A stretch of DNA of 61,439 nt, filler included, from Chiloscyllium plagiosum (Eukaryota), in the NCBI RefSeq assembly GCF_004010195.1. It is 3 parts of one record of this genome, joined end to end, with 100 filler letters (N's around TTAATTAATTAA, not from the genome) between each part and the next. Parts side by side here need not be neighbours in the genome. Positions count along the whole stretch, not along the records: positions 1 to 26,674 come from NC_057714.1; 2 more parts are not named here. One strand, given 5' to 3'. A model generated the notes under the pieces. That model was not told where the DNA came from, did no database searches, and saw only the letters and a program-made list of their open reading frames with translations. Positions 1 to 11,040 of the stretch are shown here, in pieces (the first letter of the stretch is position 1; each line of letters starts with the position of its first letter). Made by a program: the position numbers and the translations under genes.

Positions 1-610
1 ATTTACCCAGTCCACCTGCATATTGAAGTCTCCCATGATCACTGTGACCTTGCCTTTCTGACATGCCTTCTCTATTTCCCGGTACATGTTGTGCCCCTGG
101 TCCTGACCACTGTTAGGAGGTCTGTACATAACTCCCATTATGGTTTTTTTACCTTTGTGGTTTCTCAATTCCACCCACAGAGACTCCACGTCATCCGACG
201 CTATGTCATTCAGCACCATAGATTTAATTTTGTTCTTAACTAACAAGGCAACCCCGCCCCCCTCTGCCCACCTCCCTGTCTTTTCGATAAGTTGAAAACC
301 CTTGAATGTGTAACTGCCAGTCCTGACCCCACTGTAACCACGTCTCTGTGATGCCTACCACATCATAATCATTCACGATGATCTGTGCCATTAGTTCGTC
401 TGCTTTGTTAAGAATGCTACGAGCATTCAGGTAAAGTGCCTTAATGCTAACTTTCTTATCATTAGAGATATTGGAAGTCATAAGATGTCCTAAGTTATCC
501 TTCCTTTTTGCTGCATTCCCAGTCTGTCTCAAGTTTAAATCTGCCTGCATATATGCTATCCTGCCGCTAATCTTTCCATTTAACTCCATACTCCCTGTCG
601 CTTTCACTTT
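1..610 (-). mobile_element. CR1 (HER1-type) LINE, ORF2 N-terminus (APE endonuclease) fragment
   Basis: ORF 236..646 reads LYLNARSILNK...DVVGITETWL...RKDR...GGG, the APE motifs typical of CR1 ORF2. Confidence 0.9.
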
Positions 611-798
611 CCTAACATTTACCCCTTCACCTAACATTACGGGCAATTTAGTGTGGCCAATTCACATAACCTGCACATTTTTGGACTGTGGGAGGAAACT
701 GGAGCACCCGGAGGAAACTCATGCAGACATGGGGAGAATGTGCAAACTCCACACAGTCAGTTGCCTGAGGCGGGAATTGAACCCGGGTCTCGGCGCTG
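611..798 (-). mobile_element. HE1-type V-SINE, truncated
   Basis: Matches the V-core of the other copies (ggactgtgggaggaaactggagcacccggaggaaac...gaattgaacccggg). Confidence 0.85.
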
Positions 799-799
799 T

Positions 800-1095
800 T
801 TTCTCTCTCCAAATTTTTTTTTGTTATCTATTATTGGCTTTTAAAACTTTCTCAATCCCCTTTCTAACCACTGATCTTTGACACATTGTATGTCTTTTTT
901 TTTCAATTTGATACTGTCCTTAACTTCCTTGGCGAGCCATAGTCCATTTATCCCAATCCTAGAATCCTTCTTCTTCACTAGGATACAGATTGGCTGTGAG
1001 TCTTGAACTACTAAACAATTTTTTCTGCTAAACCCCTTTGCCAGCTCAACCCTCATCCCTATGGAATTGCTTATTTAAGTTGAGCACAGTTGCCT
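800..1095 (-). mobile_element. CR1 ORF2 fragment (APE-RT linker)
   Basis: ORF 841..1056 contains WLAKEVKDSIKLKKK, the PW-x-x-K-E-V-like linker seen in other CR1 copies here. Confidence 0.7.
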
Positions 1096-1170
1096 CTGAC
1101 CCAAGTTTAGATTCATGGACAGGAGGTGCAGGTGTTGGGCCATGAATCAGGCTCTGGTTGCCCAATAGTT

Positions 1171-1725
1171 GAAAGAAATAATGTGCACTTAGTATGCCTT
1201 TCATAACATCAGATACTATACAACCAAGGAAGTACTTCTACAGAGTATTGCAAATTGTCCAAAGGGAGCACAGCACCATGAACACCGATGAGATCAATGG
1301 TATTATGATGTGTTGTTTGAAGGATAATCATTGTCCACAATTCCTGCTGCTGCTCTTAAAAAGTGGACTTTTACACCCATCCAAGACAACAAGCAAGAAC
1401 TTGGCCTGATGTCCCATCCCAAATGATGGCACCTCCAACAGTGGGTGAAAGTGAGGAGCGCAGATGCTGGAGATTGGAGTCGAGTGTGTGGCGCCAGAAA
1501 AGCACAGCAGCTCAGGAAGCATCCAAGGAGCAGGAAAATCGACGTTTCCGGCAAAAGGCCGTCATTGAGAAGGGCTGATGAAGACTTTTGACCGAATCGT
1601 CGATTTTCCTGCTCCTCGGATGCCGCCTGACCTGCTGTGCTTTTCCAGCGCCACACCTTTGGCACCTCCAACAGTGTCCAATTGAGGTGTTAACCTAGAT
1701 TTTGCAAAGGACTTCAACTTCCTAT
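1171..1725 (-). mobile_element. Degenerate DeuSINE (SacSINE1/AmnSINE-like), interrupted by a Penelope-derived insert
   Basis: Resembles the recalled Deu-domain antisense (gaaagaaa...gcctttca...gaagtactt...gatggcacctccaacagtg...cctagatttt). Confidence 0.6.
1444..1659. mobile_element. Penelope-derived inverted short element with degenerate hammerheads
   Basis: Two arms in inverted orientation; 17-bp TSD TGGCACCTCCAACAGTG at 1427-1443 and 1660-1676. Confidence 0.85.
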
Positions 1726-2309
1726 CAGATCACAACTGAAAAAAAAACACTCAAAGTCACAAGCTTAATTTTAAGAAAGATTTAGTGGAGGCTTCTTCTT
1801 ACTGTTGCCGAGGGCAACCTGACCTTCAATTGCACCCAGGTCAGGTGACGCCTTATGGAGTACAGAGTTTATAATAACTTATCTAAGTACCATGTGGTAT
1901 CTAATATCAATAAGTTATTGTCATTACACTGACCATTCTAACTCAGAGGCTCGACTGTGAATATTTTTAATGCAGAGGGAGATAGTTTCCTGGGTAGCAA
2001 GGGGTTGAAAGGTTAGCAGGAGTATGCTGGAATGTGGATTTGTGGTTTAAGTCAAATCAGCCATGGTTTTATTATATGGTGGAGCAGCTTCGAGGGGCCA
2101 AATGGCCTACTCCTGTTCCTTGTTTGTATGCTCATAAGACTAACTGAGCCTCAAGTATGAAATGGCTTACTGTGATCATTGCCATGATCTAGCCACCAGA
2201 TGGTCACACAATGTCCACAGTTTTGGGCATTCTACCAGTCTACTGCAAGGCTAAACAGCTGCAAAATCAACACAGTATGGCTTCATCAATTGTAAAATGT
2301 ATTCCATGC

Positions 2310-4100
2310 TAAGAAGAGCCAGGAGAAGTCATTGGCGGGTAGGATCAAGGAAAATCCTAAAGCTTTTTGTAGGTATGTCAGGAATAAAGAATGACTAGAG
2401 TAAGATTAGGGGCAATCAACGATAGTAGTGGAAAGTTGTGTGTGAAGTCAGAGGAGATGGGGAAGCACTAAATGAATATTTTTCATCAGTATTCACACTA
2501 GAAAAATACATTTTTGACGAGGAGATCACTGAGATACAGGCTACTAGACTAGACAGGGTTCAGGTTCACAAAGAGGAGGTGTTAGCAATTCGGGAAAGTA
2601 GATAAGTCCCCTGGGCTGGATGGGATTTATCCTCAGATTCTCTGGGAAGCCAGGGAGGAGATTGCAGAGCCTTTGGCTACAAGAATAGTGCCAGAAGACT
2701 GGAGGATCGCAATGCTTCCCCCTTGTTCAAGAAGGGGAGTAGAGACAACCCTGGTAATTATAGACTAGTGCGCCTCTCTTCAGTTGTGAGTATAGTGTTG
2801 GAAAAGGTGATAAGATGTTGGATTTATAATCATCTAGAAAGGAATAGTTGATTAGGGATAGTTAACATGGTTTGTGAAGGGTAGGTTGTGCCTCACAACC
2901 CTTATTGAGTTCTTTGAGAAGGTGACCAAACAGGTGGATGAGGGTAAAGCAATTGATGTGGTGTATATGAATTTCAGTAAGACGTTTGATAAGGTTCCCC
3001 ACAGTAGGCTATTGCACAAAGTATGGAGGCATGTGATTGAGGGTGATTTAGCAGTTTGGATTAGAAATTGGCTAGCTGAAAGAAGACAGAGGGTGGTATT
3101 TGATGGAAAATGTTCATCCTGGAGTTCAGTTACTAGTGGTGTACCGCAAGGATCTGTTATGGGCCACTGTTCTTTGTCTTTTTTATAAACGACCTGGATG
3201 AGGGCATAGAAGGATGGGTTAGTAAATTTGCAGATGGCACTAAGGTCAGTGGAATTGTGAATAATGCTGAAGGATGTTGCAGGTTACAAAGTTACATAGA
3301 TAATCTGCAGAGCTGGGCTGAGAGGTGGCAAATGGAGTTTAATGTGGAAAAGTGTGAGGTGATTCACTTTGGAAGGAGCAACAGGAATACAGAGTACTGG
3401 CCTAATGGTAAGATTCTTGGCAGTGTAGATGAGCAGAGAGACCTTGGTGTCCATGTGCATAGATCCTTGAAAGTTGTCACCCAGGTTGGTAGGGTTGTTA
3501 GGAAGGCATATGATGTGTTAGCTTTTACTGGTCGAGGGTTTGAATTTCGGAGCCATGAGGTCACGTTGCAGCTGTACAAAACTCTGGCCGTGCTGCACTT
3601 GGAGTATTGCATGCAGTTCTGGTCACCACATTATAAGAAGGATGTGGAAGCTTTGGAAAGGATTCAGAGGAGATTTACTAGGATGTTGCCTGGTATGGAG
3701 GGAATACTGAGTGACTTGAGGCTGTTTTCATTAGAGAGAAGAAGGTTGAGAGGTGACTTAATTGAGACATATAAGATAATCAGAGGGTAAGGTAGGGTGG
3801 ACAATGACAGCCCTTTTCCTCTGATGGTGATGGCTAGCATGAGGGGACATATCTTTAAATTGTGAGGTGATAGAAATAGGACAGCTATCAAAGGTAGGTT
3901 CTTCACTCGAATGTGGTAGGGGCGTGGAACGCACTGCCTGCAACAGTAGCTGCTTTAAGGGCATTTAAATGGTCATTGGATAAACATATGGATGAAAGTG
4001 GAATAGTGTAGGTTAGATAGGCTTCAGATCGGTTTCATAGGTCGGTATAACACTGAGGGCCGAAGGACTGTAATGTTCTATATTCTATGTTATATGTTCT
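2310..4100 (+). mobile_element. CR1 LINE, 5'-truncated and frameshifted (RT + 3' UTR)
   Basis: ORFs 2874..3188 and 3257..3790 with VDVVYMNFSKTFDKV, SGVPQGS, WQMEFN, HLEYCMQFWSP; ends in a (tgttcta)-like tail. Confidence 0.95.
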
Positions 4101-4598
4101 AAATTTGTAAAGAAGAGAGTAAATAGTATCCTTTAATGTCATTTTTGCATTGATATGTATGCAAAATGCTGATTTGTTTTGGCTTTCAGTGAGTCATTCC
4201 TTTCCAATGGGCTGCCCACTCTAATTTGTAGAATGTTGAATATCTTTGATAAATTGATCTGCCTAAACGTTTTGAAATAATACTGTTATTTGGAATGTAT
4301 GATGACTTCTGAAATTTCAAATGAAGCAGACAACCTACACAAGGCACTCTTTGAAAGTCATATATATGAAGTACTACTGCAAGGGAACTCAGAATGATAT
4401 TTGAGAAAGTGAACACTTAGTGTATTCCTATGATATTTCTCTTGCTGCTGTTTTAATAATGGCGTTAGCTTTCTTGCATTAAATAGTTTAAAACCTGTTA
4501 CAATCACGTATAGAGGACTACTGTATGTAAGTGCTAATGTAAGCTGATGTTGTAATGTTCATTTGCAGTCATCATCATTGTCATTGTTTGTCTTCCAG

Positions 4599-4700
4599 TT
4601 GAAGTGTCACAAACACTGAGGGTTACAGGTTTCTGCCATCATGGGCCTTCATTTCCTGACATGCATAACTTTGGGCACGTGGGTCAGGAACTCTCGTGAG
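4599..4700 (+). other. Candidate orphan exon (possible start exon MGLHFLTCITLGTWVRNSRE, 4641-4700)
   Basis: tttgtcttccag acceptor, GCCATCATGG Kozak context, GAG|gtaatg donor, non-repetitive context; no homolog recognised. Confidence 0.25.
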
Positions 4701-5644
4701 GTAATGGGATTTGCTTTGTTTTCTGTCGCTGTTCTGCCTCATCATTATGATGTTGTGACACAATATATGATGCAGTTTGATGGACAAGTTGGGGTCATTC
4801 TGAATAATTGGTAGAAGCCTTTCCCAATTTCAATGTGGTTGCATGTTCTAGAAGCTGTTGGTTCTGGAAGGATTAATGTTGGAGACTGTGTTAAGCTTCA
4901 CCCAATCTGTTGACATACAGTCATATTGTCTTGAGTGGGTAAATTGGGAAACCAGATATGGATCTCGAAGAGAACAGATATTTTATCTATGTCTCCTGAT
5001 AGTCTTAGTGACAATGTCTTGCTATAACAAGAGCCTCTTTTTGTTAAGACTCACTAGCAGTTACTCCTTTACCATTGTAGACCAAATAGACCTTAGACCG
5101 AATCAAGGAATGTGGTTTAGAGGTATCATCCTTCTATACACAAATATGACACTACAGTGGACTTCAGGGACAGGTCACACATACATGCATACATGCACAT
5201 ATGGAGATACACAACACACATACATAGAGCTCACTGCACACATCTACTGAGAACAGTATCAGAACCAAATACCAAAGAAACTCAGTAGTTACAGGGAGTT
5301 CAGTAAGAGCTCTATGTTTATGTAGCTGTATTTTTCTAAACAAAGCCGTTGGTGTCAGCTTCCAGTGTTCAAGGCAAATCAATATTGGATTAAGCTCCTA
5401 CAATATTCCACAACTTGCTTGTTAAGGTCTTCAAGTACATATTCAAAATATTTATTTTAAATTGCTGACAGGGAAGACTTTACAACACCCCAATCAATAT
5501 AGCTTTGGATGTCTTTCCAACAATTAGTTCTTTTGGCTTCCTTCTCTGGACCCTTGTGTATCCATTTTTCACTTGGGAAATGACACAAAAGAGCTTAATT
5601 TCAACCACATTATTGCTTCAATCAGGAATTACAAAAAAAAAGCT

Positions 5645-5710
5645 AAAAATCCCACAACACCAGGTTATAGTCCAACAGGTTTAATTGGAAGCACACCGGC
5701 ATCTCCAAAT
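5645..5710. mobile_element. Second Penelope-type family terminal fragment
   Basis: aaaaatcccacaacaccaggttatagtccaacagg; 13-bp TSD CAAAAAAAAAGCT at 5632-5644 and 5711-5723. Confidence 0.65.
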
Positions 5711-6084
5711 CAAAAAAAAAGCTGATCTTGGAATGAGGAACTATTACAGTGAGCTACTAATCCATTATTTAAGGTTGGTGTCTTAACCATTACGCTATCA
5801 GGGCGCCCTCATGATGTTTAAATAAACACCCCCTGTTGGCTCATGGCTTTCTTTAACATTTGGCTTTAATTTCATAAACATACAGTATCTACTGAAAGCT
5901 GATAAATGATGACTGAACTATCTGTGTTTAGATCATCAAATGACATTTTATTTCTATTGCAACATCCATCTAGGCCTTGGATGCAGCAAAAACATATTCT
6001 GTTAATATGTTCAGCTCCCTTTACAAATCCCATGCATTCTAGTGAGTTTAATAGGGTGTTTTGCTAACTGCTCTGATATCAGGT

Positions 6085-6680
6085 GATGTATGAGGCCTCA
6101 TGTTACAGTTGTATAAGTCGTTGGTGAGGCTGTACTTGGAGTATTGTGCACAGTTTGGTCACCTTGTTATTCAAAAGACATAGTTAAAGTGGAATGAATG
6201 CAAAGAAGATTTACAAGATTGTTGTCAGGATTAGTAGGCCTAAGTTATAGGGAGAGGTAGGCCAGGATAGGACTTTATTCCTAGGAAAGTGGGAGAATGA
6301 GGGGTGACCTTGCTGACGTGCATAAAATCATGAGGAGCATAGATACGATGAATACAGATAGTCTTTTTCGCAGGGATGGGGAATTGAAAACTAGAGGGTG
6401 TAGGTTTAAGGTGAGGGGGAAAGATTTAAGAAGGACCTAAGGGGCAACTTCTTCACACAGAGAGCGGTGCGTATATGGAATGGGCTGCCAGAGAAAGTGG
6501 TTGAGGCAGGTACAATAGCAACATTTAAAATACATTTGGATAGGTACATGGATGGGAAGGGTTTAGAGGGATATAAACCAAATGCAGGAAATTGGAACGA
6601 GCTGAGTGGGCACCATGGTCAGCATGGACCAGTTTGGACTGAAGGGCCTGTTTCCATGCTCTATTATTCTATGACTCTAA
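6085..6680 (+). mobile_element. CR1 LINE 3' fragment
   Basis: LEYCAQF-like segment, ORF 6467 WNGLPEKVVEAGTIATFK, CR1 3' tail. Confidence 0.9.
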
Positions 6681-6825
6681 CACAGCATTAATAACACGGG
6701 GCAGAATCTTCCCCACTGTGAATGACATGGGCATTGGTGAGAAAGTTGCAAATACAAGGGTGGGGCAATGGCTTGGTGATACCGTCACTGTCATAATAAT
6801 TTAAAGACCAGGTAGTGTTCTGTAG

Positions 6826-7040
6826 ACAAACCAAAACCAGATATTGCAGGAGAAACTCAGCAGGTCTGGCAGCATCTATGGACAGAAGACAGTTAATGTT
6901 TCGAGTTTGTTTCTTATAAAGGGACACTGGACTCAAAGCATTAACTCTGTTCTTTCTCTATGGATGCTGCCAGATCTGCTGTGTTTCTCTGGAAATGTAT
7001 AGTTTTGTTTGTTTCTGATCTCCAGCATCTGCTGTTGTTT
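6826..7040. mobile_element. Old Penelope-derived inverted element
   Basis: cagcaggtctggcagcatc is followed by its reverse complement gatgctgccagatctgctg and then tctccagcatctgc. Confidence 0.7.
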
Positions 7041-7242
7041 TACTGTCCTGCAGAAGCAGGTTCAAATCTCACCATGACAGATGGCAGAAACTAAATTCAA
7101 TGAAAAGTAATAAAAAATTAGAAGTCTAATGATGATCATGAAACTATTTTCAATTGTCATTAAAGAGCCATCTGGTTCACTCATGTTGTTCTTACCCAGA
7201 CTAGTCTGCAATGAGATTCACTCTTAACCATCCTCTGAAATG

Positions 7243-7358
7243 GTTAGCATTTCTTCAGGTTCAGCATTCCTGAAGAAGGGCCTGTGCCCGAAACGTCGAA
7301 TCTCCTGTTCCCTAGATGCTGCCTGACCTGCTGTGCTGTTCCAGCAATAAAGTTTCAA
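7243..7358 (+). mobile_element. Penelope-derived short element carrying a hammerhead
   Basis: 14-bp TSD CATCCTCTGAAATG at 7229-7242 and 7359-7372. Confidence 0.85.
7266..7301 (+). ncRNA. Minimal type I hammerhead ribozyme motif
   Basis: ATTC-CTGAAGA-A-GGGC-CTGT-GCCC-GAAAC-GTC-GAAT: conserved core, stem II, palindromic ACGT stem III, stem I ATTC/GAAT. Confidence 0.8.
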
Positions 7359-9195
7359 CATCCTCTGAAATGACCTTGCAAGGCATTCAGTTTTATTAAC
7401 CACTACAAAGTCAAAAGAAATGAGTGAATCTAGATGGCTCACTTGGAATCGATTAAAGCACCTTAAATAACAATGGCAAACTCACCCCTTTCAACCCTGT
7501 AAAGTCTTCCTTATCAACATCTGGGATCGAGTGCCAAAATTGGGAAAGCTATCTCAAAGACTAGTCAAGCACCAACCTGACATGGTCATACTCAAAGAAT
7601 CATAACTTGCAGACTCTGTTTCTCTTCCCACAGATGCTGCCACACATTGAACATAGAACATAGAACAATACAGTGCAGAACAGGCCCTTCGGCCCTCGAT
7701 GTTGCGCAGACCTGTGAACTAATCTAAACCCATCCCCCAACACTATCCCATCATCATCTATGTGCTTATCCAAGGATTGTTTAAATGTCCCTAATGTGGC
7801 TGAGTTAACTACATTGACAGGCAGGGCATTCCACGCCCTTATCACTCTGCGTAAAGAACCTGCCTCTAACATCTGTCTTAAATCTATCACCCTATAATTT
7901 GTAGCTATGCCCTCCCCACCCCGTACAAGCCAACGTCATCATCCTAGGAAAAAGGCTCTCACTGTCCACCCTATCTAATCCTCTGATCATCTTGTATGTC
8001 TCTATCAAATCCCCTCTTAGCCTTCTTCTCTCCAATGAGAACATCTCTTCTCAGCCTTTCCTCATAAGACCTTCCCTCCAGACCAGGCAACATCCTGGTA
8101 AATCTCCTCTGCACCTTTTCCAATGCTTCCACATCCTTCCTATAATGGGGCGACCAGAACTGTACACAATATTCCAAGTGCGGCTGCACCAGCGTTTTGT
8201 ATAGTTACAGCATGACATTATGGCTCTGAACTCAATCCCTCTACCAATGAAACCTAAAACACCGAATGCCTTCTTAACAGCACTATAAACCTGGGTGGCA
8301 ACTTTCAGGGATTTATGTATATGGACACCAAATCCCTCTGCACATTCACACTATCAAGAATCTTTCCATTAACCCAGTATTCAGCCTTCCTGTTATTCTT
8401 CCCAAAGTGAATCACATCACATTTATCTGCATTAAACTCCATTTGCCACCTCTCAGCCCAATTCTGCAGTTTATCCAAGTCCCCTGGCAACCTGCAATAT
8501 TCTTCCACACTGTCCAATACTCCATTGACTTTAGCATCATCTGCAAACTTACTAACCCATCCACCTATGCCTGCGTCTAAGTCATTTATAAAAATGGCAA
8601 ACAGCAGTGGCCCCAAAACAGATCCTTGTGGCACACCACTAGTAACCAGATTCCAAGCTGAAATTTTTCCATCAACCACTACTCGATGCCTTCTTACAGA
8701 AAGCCAGTTTTGATTCCAAACTGCTGAATCACCCTCAATCCCATGACTCCGCATTTTTTCCAAAAGCTTACCGTGTGGAACCTTATCAAAGGCTTTACTA
8801 AAGTCCATGTATACCACGTTAACTGCCCTACCCTCATCCACATGCTCAGTCACCTTCTCAAAAAACTGAATGAGGTTTGTGAGATACGACTTGCCCTTGA
8901 CGAAACCATGTTGACTATCTTCAATCAAATTGTTGCTTACTAGATATTTGTAAATCTTGAACATTTGGAATGCTCCGGTCCTCTGGTACTAAACCATTGT
9001 AGATGATGACAACTCAAATATCAAAGCCAAAGGCTCCGCCATCTTCTCCCCAGCTTCCCAGAGAATCCTCAGATAAATCCCATCCAGCCCAAGGGACTTA
9101 TCTACTTTCACACCTTCTAGAATTGATAATACCTCCCCATTACTAACCTCAATCCTTTCTCATCCAATAGCCCGTATTTCGGTTTTCTCATCAGT

Positions 9196-9509
9196 GGGTG
9201 GCACGGTGGCACAGTGGTTAGCACTGCTGCCTCACAGTGCCAGAGACCCGGGTTCAATTCCTGCCTCAGGCGATTGTCTGTGTGGAGTTTCCGCATTGTC
9301 CCCGTGTCTGCGTGGGTTTCCTCTGGGTGCTCTGGTTTCCTCCCACAGTCCAAAAATGTGCAGGTCAGGTGAATTGGCCATGCTAAATTGCCTGTAGTGT
9401 TAGGTGAAGGGGTAAATGTAGGGGAATGGGTCTGGGTGGGTGGTGGGTCGGTGTGGACTTGTTGGGCCGAAGGGCCTGTTTCCACACTGTAAGTAATCTA
9501 ATCTAATCT
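9196..9509 (+). mobile_element. HE1-type V-SINE, full length
   Basis: A box TGGCACAGTGG, B box GGTTCAATTCC, V core, CR1-derived tail ending (AATCT)n. Confidence 0.92.
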
Positions 9510-10459
9510 GCAATATTCTCCTTTGCCTGAGTGAAAATAGTTGAGAAATATTTGTTTAGCACCTCTCTGATCTCCACAGGGTCCACACACAACTTCTCAT
9601 TTTTGTCCTTTGACTAGTCCTATCTCTGCCCTAGTCATTCGTTATTCCTCACATACCTATGGAAAGCTTTAGGAGTCTCCTTTATTCTACCTGCTAAAGA
9701 CTGCTCATGTCCCCTCCTTGCTCTCTTAACTCTCTCCGGGCTAATCTGTAACTCTCTATCGCCTCATCTGAACCATCTCGTCTCACCGTCACATAAGCCT
9801 CCTTCTTCCATTTAACAAGAGATACAATTTCTTTAGCAAACCACGGTTCCCTGACCTTATCACTTCCTTCCTGCCTGACAGGGACATACCTATCAAGGAC
9901 ATGCAATATCTGTTCCTTAAACCAGCTCCACATTTTAATTGTCCCCATCCCCAGCATTTTGCTACCCCATTCAATGCCTCCTAAGTGTTGCCTAATCACA
10001 TTATAATTCCACTTCCCCCATTGATAACACTTACCATGTGGCATGTACCTATCCCTTTCCATCACAAAACCATACGTAACCAAATTATGGTCACTCTCTC
10101 CAGAGTGCTCACCTACCACTAAATCAAACACCTCATTGCCAAGTACCAGATCCAGTGTGGCCTCCCCTCTTGTCGGCCCTTCGATATAAGACCATAAGAC
10201 ATAGCCCTTAATTCCTTGTGACATCAAGAATTTATCAATTTCTGCCGCTCCACTTACCCGCATTCTCCCCGTAGCCCTTAATTCCTTGTGACATCAAGAA
10301 TTTATCAATTTCTGCCGTGAAGACGTTTAGCGTCCCAGCCTCCACTGCACTCTGCGGCAATGAATTCCACAGGCCCACCACTCTCTGGCTGAGAGTGTGT
10401 CAGGAAATTGTGTCAGGAAACCGTCCTGCAACATTGGACAAAAACTGATCCATCTGACA

Positions 10460-10840
10460 TACTAGAGTTATAGAATTTCCAGACATAGAGTCATAGAGAT
10501 GTACAACACAGAAACAGACCCTTCAGTCCAACTCATCCATGCCGACCAGATATCCCAACCCAATCTAGTCCCACCTGCCAGCACCTGGTCCATATCCCTC
10601 CAAACCTTTCCTATTCATAGACCCATCCAAGTGCCTCTTAAATGTTGCAATTGTACCAGCCTCCACCACTTCCTCTGGCAGCTCATTCCATACACGTACC
10701 ATCTTCTGTGTGAAAAAGTTGCCCCTTGGGTCTCTTTTATATCTTTCCCCTCTCACCCTAAACCTATGCCCTCTAGCTGACTTTGTCTATTTATCCTATC
10801 CATGCTCTTCATGATTTTTTAAACCTCTATAAGGTCACCC
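10460..10840 (-). mobile_element. CR1 3' fragment nested in CR1
   Basis: ORF 10565..10756 RGNFFTQKMVRVWNELPEEVVEAG. Confidence 0.85.
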
Positions 10841-11040
10841 TTAAGGTCCCCCATAATAACCACCCTGTTCCTTTCACTCTTACCCAGAGTCATTTTGCCA
10901 ATCCTCTCCTCCACATTCCTGGAACTTGGTAGAGGCCTATAAAAAACTCTCAGCAGTGTGACCTTTCCTCTCCTGTTTCTAAGCTCAGCCCATACCATCT
11001 CAGTAGACAAGTCCTCATCAAAAGTTCTTTCAGCCACCAT

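Larger units (their letters stand above)
6760..7614 (+). mobile_element. tRNA-headed APE LINE (family B), 5' part; resumes at about 14942
   Basis: SINE-like head with B box GGTTCAAATC runs into degraded APE start (PKLG-LS-RLVKHQPDMVILKES). Confidence 0.7.
7648..11040 (-). mobile_element. CR1 LINE (RT to APE) with nested HE1 and CR1 fragments; APE N-terminus resumes at 14595-14925
   Basis: ORF 8305..8964 (QHGF, YMDFSKAFDKV, GVPQGSVLGP, FADD), ORF 9694..10263 (LDLVLGN, SDH), ORF 10819..11118 (YRP, MGD); (catagaa)n 3' tail. Confidence 0.92.

Noticed and set aside
9196..9270. tRNA gene
   Set aside because: A/B boxes are the head of a multi-copy HE1 SINE and continue into the SINE body; no proper cloverleaf
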